Notes: generated by a model from the sequence alone, not told the origin. Shown: positions 20,767 to 30,454, counted from the first letter of the stretch. The stretch: DNA of 64,000 bases from an uncultured Verrucomicrobiae bacterium (GCA_963718565.1 OY970364.1:1824001-1888000); one strand, 5' to 3'. A program made the numbers and translations.

Positions 20767-23336
20767 CCGATATGCTTGCTGAGCAACCCTGAGAGCTTCA
20801 TCATATCAATGGGTTTTTTGCCGCCTAATATTTTGGCAAGTTTAGCATCAGGGACAATTTGACGTTTATTTTTAGGATCTTGCAGCTTGTGTTCTTTGAT
20901 ATAATCCCAAACTCTTTTGACCACTTCGGGACGAGAGAGCTCTTTCGCTCCGACAATTTCTTCTAGTTCTTTAGAAAGTTTTAGGGCTGCTTGCTTGCGA
21001 GGAGTAGTCTTCTTTTTTTCTTTCACAGCTGTTTTTTTGTCTTCTTTCTTTTCTTTATTAGTGCCGAATTTCCCTTTTTTTTCTTTTTTGACATAGGCAG
21101 TCTTAGGATGGTCTGGATATTTTTCGTTAAGATCATCGAGATTGTTGACGATGACGTCGCAATCGGGAAAATTGGAACAGGAAAAGAAAGGTTTCCCAAA
21201 GCGGGAGCGGCGTTGGACCATCTTACCGTCGCACCCTAAGGCTGGACAGGTGGGCATATCTTTAGCAGGAGTTTCATCTTTTCGAGGGATATTCACGATG
21301 CCCTTGCAATCGGGGTAGCGGCTACAGCCGAGGAATGGGCCAAAGCGCCCAAAGCGCAATTTCATAGGGCTGTCGCATTTCGAGCAATGTTGATCCCAGT
21401 TAAAGGTGGGATCATAATCTTCTTTATTGAATTCAAGTGCCTCCAGTGGAGCTGTAAACTTGCAATTCGGGTAATCCGAGCATCCATAGAAGTATTTTTT
21501 GCGCGACCAGATTTTTTGTAAATTGTGCCCGCATTCTGGACATTTGATCTCTGTTTCAACGCGGGGGACAAAGGCTTCTTTTTCGGCCGATTTCACGAAA
21601 GGAATAAATTTGTCCCAGAAGTCACGGATCAACGTTTTCCAATCTTGTTGGTTCTCTGCGATGTGTTCGAGTTCATCTTCCATAGCAGCAGTAAAACCCA
21701 CATCCATGATCATGCCGAAGTTATCCTCGAGCATTTTGGCGATCACTCTCCCAAGCTCTGTTGGCTTTAAAGTGCCTTTTTCCTTGGTCGTGTAATCACG
21801 GCTTTGGATTTTGTTCATGATCGTCGCATAAGTGGAAGGACGTCCAATTCCTGATTTCTCAAGTTCTTTGACAAGCGATGCTTCTGTGAAGCGCGGGGGA
21901 GGACGAGTAAAAGCTTGTTGAGATTGGACTTCGAAAAGAAGAAGAGGCTGTCCCTCTTGTAAAGGAGGAAGGGTTTTCTCTTGGTCCTCTTTTTCTTTTT
22001 CCTCGCTATTGCCTTTATCCTGTTTTTCCTCGTAGGCAGCCAGGAATCCTGGAAACTTGATCGTCGATCCCGTGGCCCGGAGCATGATCTCTTTATCAGT
22101 TTCAATATCGCAGGAAACCGTATCATAAATGGCAGGGTTCATTTGTGAAGCAAGGAATCGACGCCAAATGAGAATATAAAGCTTGTACTGATCCATTGTC
22201 AGATAGGATTTGATTTTGTCTGGAACGTGCTGAAGATTGGTCGGACGAATGGCTTCGTGAGCGTCTTGAGCGCTTCTTTTAGTCGCATAATGTTTTGGCT
22301 CACTCGGGAGATATTCTTTACCGTGTGTTTTTTCAATGTATTTACGAGCGGCATCAATGGCTTCTGGAGCTACACGCACAGAGTCCGTTCGCATATAGGT
22401 GATCAACCCTTCAGCTCCCTCACTGTCAAGATCAACGCCTTCGTAGAGTCCTTGAGCAATATTCATAGTGCGAGATGCAGAAAAGCCATAGTGCCTACTT
22501 GCTTCTTGTTGAAGAGTGGAAGTAATGAAAGGGGCGACAGGATTTCTTTTTTTCTCTCTTTTTTCAACGGATTGGACTTTGTATGTGGTATTTTGCAGCT
22601 TTTCGACGATCCCATGTGCAGTTTTTTCATCGGGAATGGTGAAGTTTTCCTTGCCAGGTATCGGTTCTTTTTCGACCCGCTTCCCATCTACAGAATAAAG
22701 AATCGCATGAAAGGGAGCTTCATTTTTCTTTGTCTGCACAATGGAGGCGATATTCCAATATTCAATGGGAACAAAAGCCTCGATCTCCTTTTCTCTGTCA
22801 ACGACGAGTTTGAGGGCAACAGATTGAACCCGGCCGGCAGAGAGCCCTCCATCTCGGGCTCCCTGTACTCTTCGTGTCAGAATCGGAGAGATTTTGTAGC
22901 CTACGATGCGGTCGAGAAGGCGTCTTGCTTGTTGAGCATCGACGAGAGATTGATCGATATTTCTGGGCTCTTTTAGCGCTTCTAGGACTGCTTCTTTTGT
23001 GATCGCATTGAAAGTAACGCGCTTATATTTTGTCCCTTTGGGCAGAATAGATGCGATGTGCCATGCGATGGCCTCCCCTTCTCGATCCGGGTCAGGAGAG
23101 AGGTAAACGATATCCACTTCTTTGGCCGCTTTTTTTAAACGCTCGATCACTTCTTTTTTATCGGGAAGAATGGTATAAGCAGGCTCGAAATCGTGCTCGA
23201 CGTCGATCCCAAACCCTTTTTGAGGGAGGTCGCGGACATGTCCGAGCGATGACTCAAAGAGGTAATTTGATCCCAGAAATTTTTTTAAAGTTTTGATTTT
23301 CGCTGGAGACTCGACGATGATGAGGGCTTTACCCAT
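20763..23336 (-). CDS. topA: DNA topoisomerase I with zinc ribbons and a C-terminal SWIB domain
   Basis: IVESPAK, DPDREGEAIAWH, SAGRVQS, LITYMRTDS, three C4 zinc ribbons, SWIB-like RPEVVKRVWDYIKEHKLQDPKNKRQI. Confidence 0.98.
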   Translation of the reverse strand: MGKALIIVESPAKIKTLKKFLGSNYLFESSLGHVRDLPQKGFGIDVEHDFEPAYTILPDKKEVIERLKKAAKEVDIVYLSPDPDREGEAIAWHIASILPKGTKYKRVTFNAITKEAVLEALKEPRNIDQSLVDAQQARRLLDRIVGYKISPILTRRVQGARDGGLSAGRVQSVALKLVVDREKEIEAFVPIEYWNIASIVQTKKNEAPFHAILYSVDGKRVEKEPIPGKENFTIPDEKTAHGIVEKLQNTTYKVQSVEKREKKRNPVAPFITSTLQQEASRHYGFSASRTMNIAQGLYEGVDLDSEGAEGLITYMRTDSVRVAPEAIDAARKYIEKTHGKEYLPSEPKHYATKRSAQDAHEAIRPTNLQHVPDKIKSYLTMDQYKLYILIWRRFLASQMNPAIYDTVSCDIETDKEIMLRATGSTIKFPGFLAAYEEKQDKGNSEEKEKEDQEKTLPPLQEGQPLLLFEVQSQQAFTRPPPRFTEASLVKELEKSGIGRPSTYATIMNKIQSRDYTTKEKGTLKPTELGRVIAKMLEDNFGMIMDVGFTAAMEDELEHIAENQQDWKTLIRDFWDKFIPFVKSAEKEAFVPRVETEIKCPECGHNLQKIWSRKKYFYGCSDYPNCKFTAPLEALEFNKEDYDPTFNWDQHCSKCDSPMKLRFGRFGPFLGCSRYPDCKGIVNIPRKDETPAKDMPTCPALGCDGKMVQRRSRFGKPFFSCSNFPDCDVIVNNLDDLNEKYPDHPKTAYVKKEKKGKFGTNKEKKEDKKTAVKEKKKTTPRKQAALKLSKELEEIVGAKELSRPEVVKRVWDYIKEHKLQDPKNKRQIVPDAKLAKILGGKKPIDMMKLSGLLSKHIG

Positions 23337-23632
23337 GGATTAAACCTTTCTTTCTTTCTCAGGAAGTACCTGAACGAAATGATAAAATACAAGTCACAAA
23401 AGTAGCAAACTGGTGAGATTAGTGCGAACAGTGTCGAAAAATCAAGCAAATTTTTATTTTTAAAGAATTTCTCTTGTACTGCGCCCAGTCTAATTTCCTG
23501 TGCCCTGGAAATTTGAAAATTTGAAAGGGCGTAATTAAAAGTGTTGAGGTTGGGTGCTTGAAGCTGGCCTCCATTTCATATGTCGGAAACACGGCACTGG
23601 CGTGTCCGCGTTTCCCGCTAGCCTTCTTGAGA

Positions 23633-24345
23633 CAAAGCACTGATTTGACAGGGTATAGGAAATTAAGAAGAATTTTTTAAACTTAGTAAAGGTTTTTAAA
23701 GTGTCTCTTTTTCACATGTCGGGGACAAAGCACTGCGTGTCCTTTATCCCCTGCTGGCCCCCTTGGGACTCATCTCGCTTTGCCAAATCGCGTGCTCGTC
23801 GGGGGCCGTGCAAAGCACTGATTTGACAGGGTATAGGAAATTAAGAAGAATTTTTTAAACTTAGTAAAGGTTTTTAAAGTGTCTCTTTTTCACATGTCGG
23901 GGACAAAGCACTGCGTGTCCTTTATCCCCTGCTGGCCCCCTTGGGACTCATCTCGCTTTGCCAAATCGCGTGCTCGTCGGGGGCCGTGCAAAGCACTGAT
24001 TTGACAGGGTATAGGAAATTAAGAAGAATTTTTTAAACTTAGTAAAGGTTTTTAAAGTGTCTCTTTTTCACATGTCGGGGACAAAGCACTGCGTGTCCTT
24101 TATCCCCTGCTGGCCCCCTTGGGACTCATCTCGCTTTGCCAAATCGCGTGCTCGTCGGGGGCCGTGCAAAGCACTGATTTGACAGGGTATAGGAAATTAA
24201 GAAGAATTTTTTAAACTTAGTAAAGGTTTTTAAAGTGTCTCTTTTTCACATGTCGGGGACAAAGCACTGCGTGTCCTTTATCCCCTGCTGGCCCCCTTGG
24301 GACTCATCTCGCTTTGCCAAATCGCGTGCTCGTCGGGGGGCCGTG
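23633..24345 (+). repeat. Tandem array of 4 x 178-bp units (starts 23633, 23811, 23989, 24167)
   Basis: Units appear identical on reading, except one extra G in unit 4; no variable spacers. Confidence 0.95.
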
Positions 24346-24532
24346 CAAAGCACTGATCCCCCCATGCGCTGACCGCGCTCTCCTGCGCTGCGATTTTACT
24401 TTGCGATCTGAGTCCATCGGCTGCTCATGCGCTCACTTCCCGCCCTGGCTTCGCCCTTTCGGGCGGGTCCCTTTTCGCGTCGACTCGCAGAGCAATTCTG
24501 AATGCAAAACAACCCCGGTCTTCTCTTATCAA

Positions 24533-25711
24533 CTCACCTTACGCAAAATGGGCTCCAACCATATCGCAACCAGTTCTGAACCGCAGCCGTTCAAGTTCTA
24601 AAAATGCCATTCGATTTGCCTTTATCAGTAATTGATATTTCAGAGCAAAATGATTCAAAAAAGTTTGAGTTCGGAGAAATTCCAACTTGCAATAAGCGAT
24701 GATTGATGCAAAAATATGGTTCTTTTGAGAGCGCAGAACCTTAGTCGGCGATTTCTCAAGGCTAGTGTTCTGCTTGATCGATTTGTGATATTCTTCTATG
24801 CGCCACCGTTTTTGGTAGATTTCGTAGATTCGGTCAGCACTACTTTCTAAGTCATTTGTAACAAGGTATAGAGTGCCTGTAGAGCCGTCTTCGTTTTTGA
24901 AGATCTTTGTAATGAGTGCTACAGAAAAAGACATGTCTTTTAGCCAGACTATTCTTTTTTCTCCATCCTTGAGTGGTAATGCATTTAGATTTTGGTACTG
25001 ACCATTTTTTCTGTCCTCTTCAGAAAGAGCGACCAATCGATTAGCTTTGATCCCAATTACAAACTTCTTTTTCATATCATAATGAATAAACTCCATATTT
25101 TTTTTCGCTCCGAACCAATTATCAGACAATATATAGTCAAATTTAACCTTATTGGTTACAGCTTGGGCAATCATAGATCGAAACATTTGATTTTTACTGA
25201 CTGAAGACTGTCTTTTTACTTTTTTGCTGGCGACATCACAAAAAAGCACGTCTTTATAAATAGGCTCATAAGCAATGGGTAAGGCAATATCTCCGTAGCG
25301 AGCAAGACATGATAAAAGGTTGACCCCCTTCACACATCTTCCCTTGGCATGCGAGTAATGCCAACAAATAATCTCATTTTCGTCCGTGTAGGTCTTCTCT
25401 TCAATCGTGTCATCAAAAATAAGCACTCCTCCTACATCTTGTTCAATCTTGCGAATTTCCGGCTTGATGTATTCCCATAGCTCTTTGGATGAAAATTCAT
25501 TGCTGTTCAAAAATCTAGTAATTTTGTCATGACTAATCCGGCCTTCTAAGAGATCTGAGAGACCAACTGCTGTTGCATATTGATTCTGAGCAATCAAGTA
25601 ATCCGAATAGATATCGAGTAGTCTGTTCATTTTTTCTCCAAAAAATTGAACAAGACTACGAAAAAAAGACAGGCCTTATCAAGAAATTTTTACCGATTTG
25701 CGTAAGGTGAG
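24533..25711 (-). mobile_element. IS701-like insertion sequence, copy 2 (1179 bp)
   Basis: Same 15-bp TIRs as copy 1; 7-bp direct repeat TTATCAA at 24526-24532 and 25712-25718. Confidence 0.9.
24539..25630 (-). CDS. DDE transposase (IS701-like), identical protein to 8338-9429
   Basis: Identical 363-aa translation in the ORF track. Confidence 0.9.
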   Translation of the reverse strand: MNRLLDIYSDYLIAQNQYATAVGLSDLLEGRISHDKITRFLNSNEFSSKELWEYIKPEIRKIEQDVGGVLIFDDTIEEKTYTDENEIICWHYSHAKGRCVKGVNLLSCLARYGDIALPIAYEPIYKDVLFCDVASKKVKRQSSVSKNQMFRSMIAQAVTNKVKFDYILSDNWFGAKKNMEFIHYDMKKKFVIGIKANRLVALSEEDRKNGQYQNLNALPLKDGEKRIVWLKDMSFSVALITKIFKNEDGSTGTLYLVTNDLESSADRIYEIYQKRWRIEEYHKSIKQNTSLEKSPTKVLRSQKNHIFASIIAYCKLEFLRTQTFLNHFALKYQLLIKANRMAFLELERLRFRTGCDMVGAHFA

Positions 25712-26064
25712 TTATCAACAGAATGGATGCTTTTTGGCATGGATCAAAATGGTCTTCAACTTTTGCCATGAGTTTTTGCAGCGCAGGAGAGCGCGGTCAG
25801 CGCGTGGGGGGATCAGTGCTTTGCACGGCCCCTCGACGAGCACGCGATTTGGCAAAGCGAGCTGAGTCTCAAGGGGCCAGCAGGGGACATTGGACACGAA
25901 GTGCTGTGTCCCCGACATGTGAAAAAGAAGCACTTTAAAAACTTTTAGTGAATTTAAAAAAATCTTCTTAATTTCCTGCGCCCTGACTGATTTGAAGCTT
26001 ATTGTTGTTATTAATGATTGAATAGAGCACCCTAAAGATTTTTTAACCTAAGGGATTTACAGAA

Positions 26065-26865
26065 ATGAGATTGTCGGGGTTGTTAAGGTTAGCGCTTCAA
26101 GATTTAAAAAAGGGATTCCTTCAATATCGAGTTTGGGCCCATCTTGGCTGGGCCGAAGTGAAACAGCGTTATCGCCGTTCTGTGATTGGCCCCTGGTGGA
26201 TCAGTTTAAGTATGCTCATTTTCATCATGATGATGGGGATCGTTTTCAGCAGACTATTTCATCAGAGATTAGATGAGTACATCCCTTTCTTTACGGCAGG
26301 ATTTCTATTTTGGACCTTTATTTCTAGTAGTGTTGTAGAGGCTGCAGAGGTTTTTAGGTCCAATGGCGGATACATCAAACAAATAAATCTTCCCTTCAGC
26401 TTATATGTATTTAAACATCTTGTCCGTCAGGTGATATGTCTCATGCATAATTCAGTGATTTACCTTTTGGTCTGTGTTTTTTTTAAATTGAATCCCGGGA
26501 TTTTCGTGCTATTAATTATTCCCGGATTTTTACTGCTGGCTCTTAACATTTATTGGATCTGTTTCTTAGTGGGCATCATTTGTGTGCGCTATCGGGATAT
26601 GGTCCCCATGATTACCAGTTGTGTTCAGATCGCTTTTTTTGTGACACCTATTTCTTGGATGCCCAGGTTGCTAGATCAGAATCCATCTATCTTAAAATAT
26701 AATCCTTTGAATTATATGTTAGATATTGTTCGGTCCCCTCTTCTTGGTGATGTCCCTGCTATGATGAGCTGGGTTGTCAATATAAACATGGCGCTCATAG
26801 GGTGCGTGATTAGCTGTATCATCTTTTCAATTGCGCGGTCGCGCATTGCATTTTGGGTGGATTAA
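26065..26865 (+). CDS. wzm: Polysaccharide ABC transporter permease
   Basis: EVKQRYRRSVIGPWW, RYRD, FFVTPISW, NPL motifs. Confidence 0.9.
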   Translation: MRLSGLLRLALQDLKKGFLQYRVWAHLGWAEVKQRYRRSVIGPWWISLSMLIFIMMMGIVFSRLFHQRLDEYIPFFTAGFLFWTFISSSVVEAAEVFRSNGGYIKQINLPFSLYVFKHLVRQVICLMHNSVIYLLVCVFFKLNPGIFVLLIIPGFLLLALNIYWICFLVGIICVRYRDMVPMITSCVQIAFFVTPISWMPRLLDQNPSILKYNPLNYMLDIVRSPLLGDVPAMMSWVVNINMALIGCVISCIIFSIARSRIAFWVD

Positions 26866-26869
26866 TCCT

Positions 26870-27604
26870 ATGGCATGTGTCGAAGTGGAAAATGTTTCTT
26901 TAATGTATCCCATTTATGGATCAAATGCACGTTCGTTTAAAGCAACGTTAATCAGCAAAGCAACAGGCGGACGTCTCGGTGAAAATAGTGGGAGTATTGT
27001 TGTCGAAGCGCTCAGAGATGTGAGCTTCAAGCTTGACAAAGGCGATCGGTTGGCTTTAATTGGGCACAATGGTGCGGGTAAATCCACTCTTCTTAAGGTC
27101 CTTGCGCAGATTTATGAACCCACAAAAGGTTTTGTCAATGTAAGAGGGCGAGTGAATTGCCTCTTTGACATCATGATGGGCATGGACCATGAGCTGAACG
27201 GTTATGAAAACATCATGCTACGTGGACTCATCTTGGGGCTTTCGAAATCAGAGATACGAAAAATTATTCCCTTGGTAGAGGAGTTTTCAGAGCTCGGCGA
27301 TTTTATGAAAATGCCAATAAAATCGTATTCGTCTGGAATGAAAGTGCGTTTAGCATTTGGGATCATCACTAATGTCTTTTCCGAGATTCTACTCATTGAT
27401 GAAGTTGTTAATGTAGGTGATGCAAGTTTTCTAGAAAAGGCTAAAGCTCAGATGAAGAGCCTAGTTCATCAGTCCGAATTCATGGTGCTTTCCTCGCATG
27501 ATACTCATGTGATCCGAGAATTTTGCAACAAGGCTTTATGGTTGGAGAAAGGCATTGTAAAATTTTTTGGGGGCGTGGAAGAAGCGTTTAAAATGTATCA
27601 ATAA
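26870..27604 (+). CDS. wzt: Polysaccharide ABC transporter ATPase, no C-terminal carbohydrate-binding domain
   Basis: GHNGAGKSTLL, YSSGMKVRLAF, LLIDE; likely start ATG 26870; ends right after the NBD. Confidence 0.9.
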   Translation: MACVEVENVSLMYPIYGSNARSFKATLISKATGGRLGENSGSIVVEALRDVSFKLDKGDRLALIGHNGAGKSTLLKVLAQIYEPTKGFVNVRGRVNCLFDIMMGMDHELNGYENIMLRGLILGLSKSEIRKIIPLVEEFSELGDFMKMPIKSYSSGMKVRLAFGIITNVFSEILLIDEVVNVGDASFLEKAKAQMKSLVHQSEFMVLSSHDTHVIREFCNKALWLEKGIVKFFGGVEEAFKMYQ

Positions 27605-27615
27605 GACAGCTCTAA

Positions 27616-27741
27616 GAGTCAGTCCACAAACCGGGTGTAAACAAAAATAATGCATGCGCACATTATGCAGTCAAGCAAAATTTTTTGCATTCAAATTTTT
27701 CATCCACGAAGGGTATACTTTGATTTACACCCCCACAAACC
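27616..27741. mobile_element. Family A TIR interrupted by a 100-bp miniature element (27633-27732) with a 9-bp duplication
   Basis: TAA|GAGTCAGT-CCACAAACC-[GGGTGTAAACAAAA...TTTTGATTTACACCC]-CCACAAACC. Confidence 0.72.
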
Positions 27742-29709
27742 TGTTACTTTGATTTTATTTCTTATTTTTGATATCATTGCGCTTGCTATCCCTTTTAAAC
27801 CACGCAATTCTATTATAGATCCTGCTTTTAGAAAGTTTCGACCAGCTGAATTCATTAGAGAGGCTGCTCTTTTTCGATATCTCATTGCTAATTTTTCCCT
27901 TCCGATATAGACCTTGTCGTTTGAAGGCTGTTGTATTTTTTCTAAATGTTTGCGTAGAGTGATCATGCTGTGGCGCCATGTATAATTTGAAAGAACAGTT
28001 TGTCTTGCCCGATGACTTATCGAAGCAATCGTTGGTGGATCTAAGTGCAGAGAGTGGTCGACTTTCAAACAGAGATCTTTCAGATCAGGTTCCCACCAAT
28101 CGCCCACATCCTCAAATCCTTTATCTCTATAATCAGCTTTGACGGGAATCCCTTCGAAAAAAATAGAATTCTCTTCTCGAATAAATTCCTTTGTAGCGCC
28201 ATAGTTGGGTATGACGCACACCAATCCACAGGCCATAGCCTCTAAGACGGGGAATCCGAAACCTTCACTCCGTGAATTTAATAGATAGAATTCACAGGAA
28301 CGGTATAGAGTTGCCATATCCGCATTGCTGACGTATTCTCTGAAAGCTGGCTGGAGCAGCGCCATTTGTTGGGTCGCATCTATCCTGACGATAAAATTGC
28401 CCATTCTTAATCTGGAGTCGTGATTCATGGCTATCTTGGAGCACTCGATTCCCTTCCCATATAAAACAAGAAAAACGCCAGGGTGCTTTGATCGAATTTG
28501 ATTCCACATTTGAAGTGTCACATCTAGTGCTTTTCGATATTGGTTTTGGAAAACACACAGCAGAGATTTGGCCCAAGGAAAAGAGAGTTTAGGGCCCCAA
28601 GGATTATAAATGTCTGTTTCTACTCCAAAAGGGAGAATAGATGTGTTTGTGAACCCCGATTTCTCAAAAACTTCTTTATTCCAATGAGATGGGACGAATA
28701 CGTGTTTGAATTTCTTGCTCTTGTTTATCCATGAATGAGGAAGTTGGGAGGTTTCCCACACAGTCAACAAATAATCAGAATCGTACATTTCTGGATGCAT
28801 AATAGGAGAAAGAGTAGGAGCGCTAGAACTGGAACTCATGAATCCATACTTATTTAAGTAAGACCCTAAAAATTCATTCGTTGTGCTCCATGAGCATGCA
28901 ATAGTTGAAGGAAGAAGAAGCATGTTCGCAGAGACAAAGGGAAAGCGGAGACGATATTTAAGATGATCCTTTGCAAAATACCCTTTGTTTCTTTTGATCA
29001 ATCTTGTTTTGTCGTATGTTTTTTGCTTATTAAACGTTGAGCTAGCGTAATGTTTAATTAGCGAGGTTTGATCATAAGCGCAACGAAATCCAGCGAGTTG
29101 CGCTCTGAAACAAAAATCTGTATCTTCATGATAAAATTGATACCTTTCATCCAGGAGACCGATAGCTTCAAACACAGCCCTTTTCACTAAGACGCAAGTA
29201 AATTCACAAAAATCTGCCTCAAGCAGCTCAGGATTACCATGGGCAGCATCAAATTCAAATCCAAAATCCAGTTGTGTTAAGTTCCAGCTTCCCCTTTTAA
29301 TGTCGCGTATGTCCTTGTCTGCTTGGGCTATGACAATTTGCCTAGGCGATACGAGGCCCAAATTATTCTCGAATTCGGCTCGTTTAAGAAGTTGGGTGGC
29401 TACAGAAGTTTGAAATTCGACGTCATTGTTGATGATGAGCACATACTCTGCCCCGCGTTTAAGCGCTTCCTTGATTCCTAGATTCACAGCTTCAGTAAAA
29501 GTAGCGCGAGAATGCATCTGAATGCATTGAAATCCATTTTCAAGGCATTTCTGTTCTGTTCCATCGTTACTTCCTTGATCGATGATGGCGATTTGATCTT
29601 TCGGAAGATCTATGGTCGGGAGTAGACGAGCTAATAGATGCCAGCCTTCAATACTAGGAATAATCGCCATACACTTTTTCACGACTGTATGTGCCTGAAA
29701 TCCTTGCAT
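27700..29709 (-). CDS. Bifunctional GT2 plus GT4 glycosyltransferase
   Basis: N-terminal GT2 (IDQGSNDGT, LIINND, YHEDTDFC) and C-terminal GT4 (SRSEGFGFPVLEAMACG). Confidence 0.88.
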   Translation of the reverse strand: MQGFQAHTVVKKCMAIIPSIEGWHLLARLLPTIDLPKDQIAIIDQGSNDGTEQKCLENGFQCIQMHSRATFTEAVNLGIKEALKRGAEYVLIINNDVEFQTSVATQLLKRAEFENNLGLVSPRQIVIAQADKDIRDIKRGSWNLTQLDFGFEFDAAHGNPELLEADFCEFTCVLVKRAVFEAIGLLDERYQFYHEDTDFCFRAQLAGFRCAYDQTSLIKHYASSTFNKQKTYDKTRLIKRNKGYFAKDHLKYRLRFPFVSANMLLLPSTIACSWSTTNEFLGSYLNKYGFMSSSSSAPTLSPIMHPEMYDSDYLLTVWETSQLPHSWINKSKKFKHVFVPSHWNKEVFEKSGFTNTSILPFGVETDIYNPWGPKLSFPWAKSLLCVFQNQYRKALDVTLQMWNQIRSKHPGVFLVLYGKGIECSKIAMNHDSRLRMGNFIVRIDATQQMALLQPAFREYVSNADMATLYRSCEFYLLNSRSEGFGFPVLEAMACGLVCVIPNYGATKEFIREENSIFFEGIPVKADYRDKGFEDVGDWWEPDLKDLCLKVDHSLHLDPPTIASISHRARQTVLSNYTWRHSMITLRKHLEKIQQPSNDKVYIGREKLAMRYRKRAASLMNSAGRNFLKAGSIIELRGLKGIASAMISKIRNKIKVTGLWGCKSKYTLRG

Positions 29710-29769
29710 ATTTACCTCGTTTAGAGAAAAATAATATACACGATGCTAAAATTTAGGATGAAATGAGAA

Positions 29770-30450
29770 ATGATGCAAAAGAGAACAGTTGAACCTCAAT
29801 ACGATGGACATGTTGAATTGAAACTTACACAAGGTCTTGCAAAATTAGGGGTGGAAAAAAACGCAAATTGGCATGCGGATCCAAAGCGTTTGGTTTTTGT
29901 GCTTTCGAGATATAAATTTGTCGCTAAAATGCTCTCGGGGAAAAATCGTGTTCTTGAAGTGGGTTGCGGTGACGGGTTTCCAGTGAGAATCGTTTTACAA
30001 GAAGTCGGATCCGTGCATGGGATTGATATTGACCCTATTTTTATTGAAGATATCCGCGAGCGAATGGATGAAAAATGGACGTTTACTTCAGCAGTGCACG
30101 ACATCCTTTCAGGGCCTGTTGAAGGACAATACGATGCAGCTTATTCCCTAGATGTGCTTGAGCATATTCCGAAGAAGGAAGAGAGGAAATTTATTGAAAA
30201 TATTGTCAAAAGTTTATCAAAAACAGGCACGCTTATTATTGGGATGCCCTCGCTAGAATCTCAATCTTATGCCTCCCCTTTAAGTAAAGTGGGTCATGTG
30301 AACTGTAAAATGGGTGGAGATTTGAAAGCCTTGATTCTCGATTATTTTGATAATGTTTTTATGTTTTCTATGAATGATGAGGTTGTCCATACTGGCTTTC
30401 AACCTATGGCCCAATATTTATTTGCTATTGGAGCGGGGGTGAAAGATTAA
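29770..30450 (+). CDS. Class I SAM-dependent methyltransferase
   Basis: VLEVGCGDG, SLDVLEHI motifs. Confidence 0.85.
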   Translation: MMQKRTVEPQYDGHVELKLTQGLAKLGVEKNANWHADPKRLVFVLSRYKFVAKMLSGKNRVLEVGCGDGFPVRIVLQEVGSVHGIDIDPIFIEDIRERMDEKWTFTSAVHDILSGPVEGQYDAAYSLDVLEHIPKKEERKFIENIVKSLSKTGTLIIGMPSLESQSYASPLSKVGHVNCKMGGDLKALILDYFDNVFMFSMNDEVVHTGFQPMAQYLFAIGAGVKD

Positions 30451-30454
30451 AAAT

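Larger units (their letters stand above)
23649..25985. mobile_element. Non-autonomous ISAs1-like element with about 208-bp imperfect inverted arms and a 10-bp target duplication
   Basis: Ends CAGGGTATAGGAAATTAAG / CTTAATTTCCTGCGCCCTG; ACTGATTTGA at 23639-23648 and 25986-25995; arm 24183-24391 is the inverted counterpart of 25778-25985. Confidence 0.78.

Noticed and set aside
22227..22976. 249-aa plus-strand ORF and other short antisense ORFs in the track
   Set aside because: Shadow frames opposite well-supported genes, with no motifs.
23633..24345. Possible CRISPR array or iteron origin
   Set aside because: Units are 178 bp and identical with no unique spacers; no cas or rep gene nearby; explained by amplification of a MITE arm.
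25733..25777. Sigma-54 promoter in the TGGCA-containing 45-mer
   Set aside because: No TTGC at the -12 position on either strand.
24314..25938. Short ORFs 24314-24601, 25715-25933 and 25723-25938
   Set aside because: They are translations of the MITE arms and IS ends; their mutual similarity only reflects the inverted repeat.
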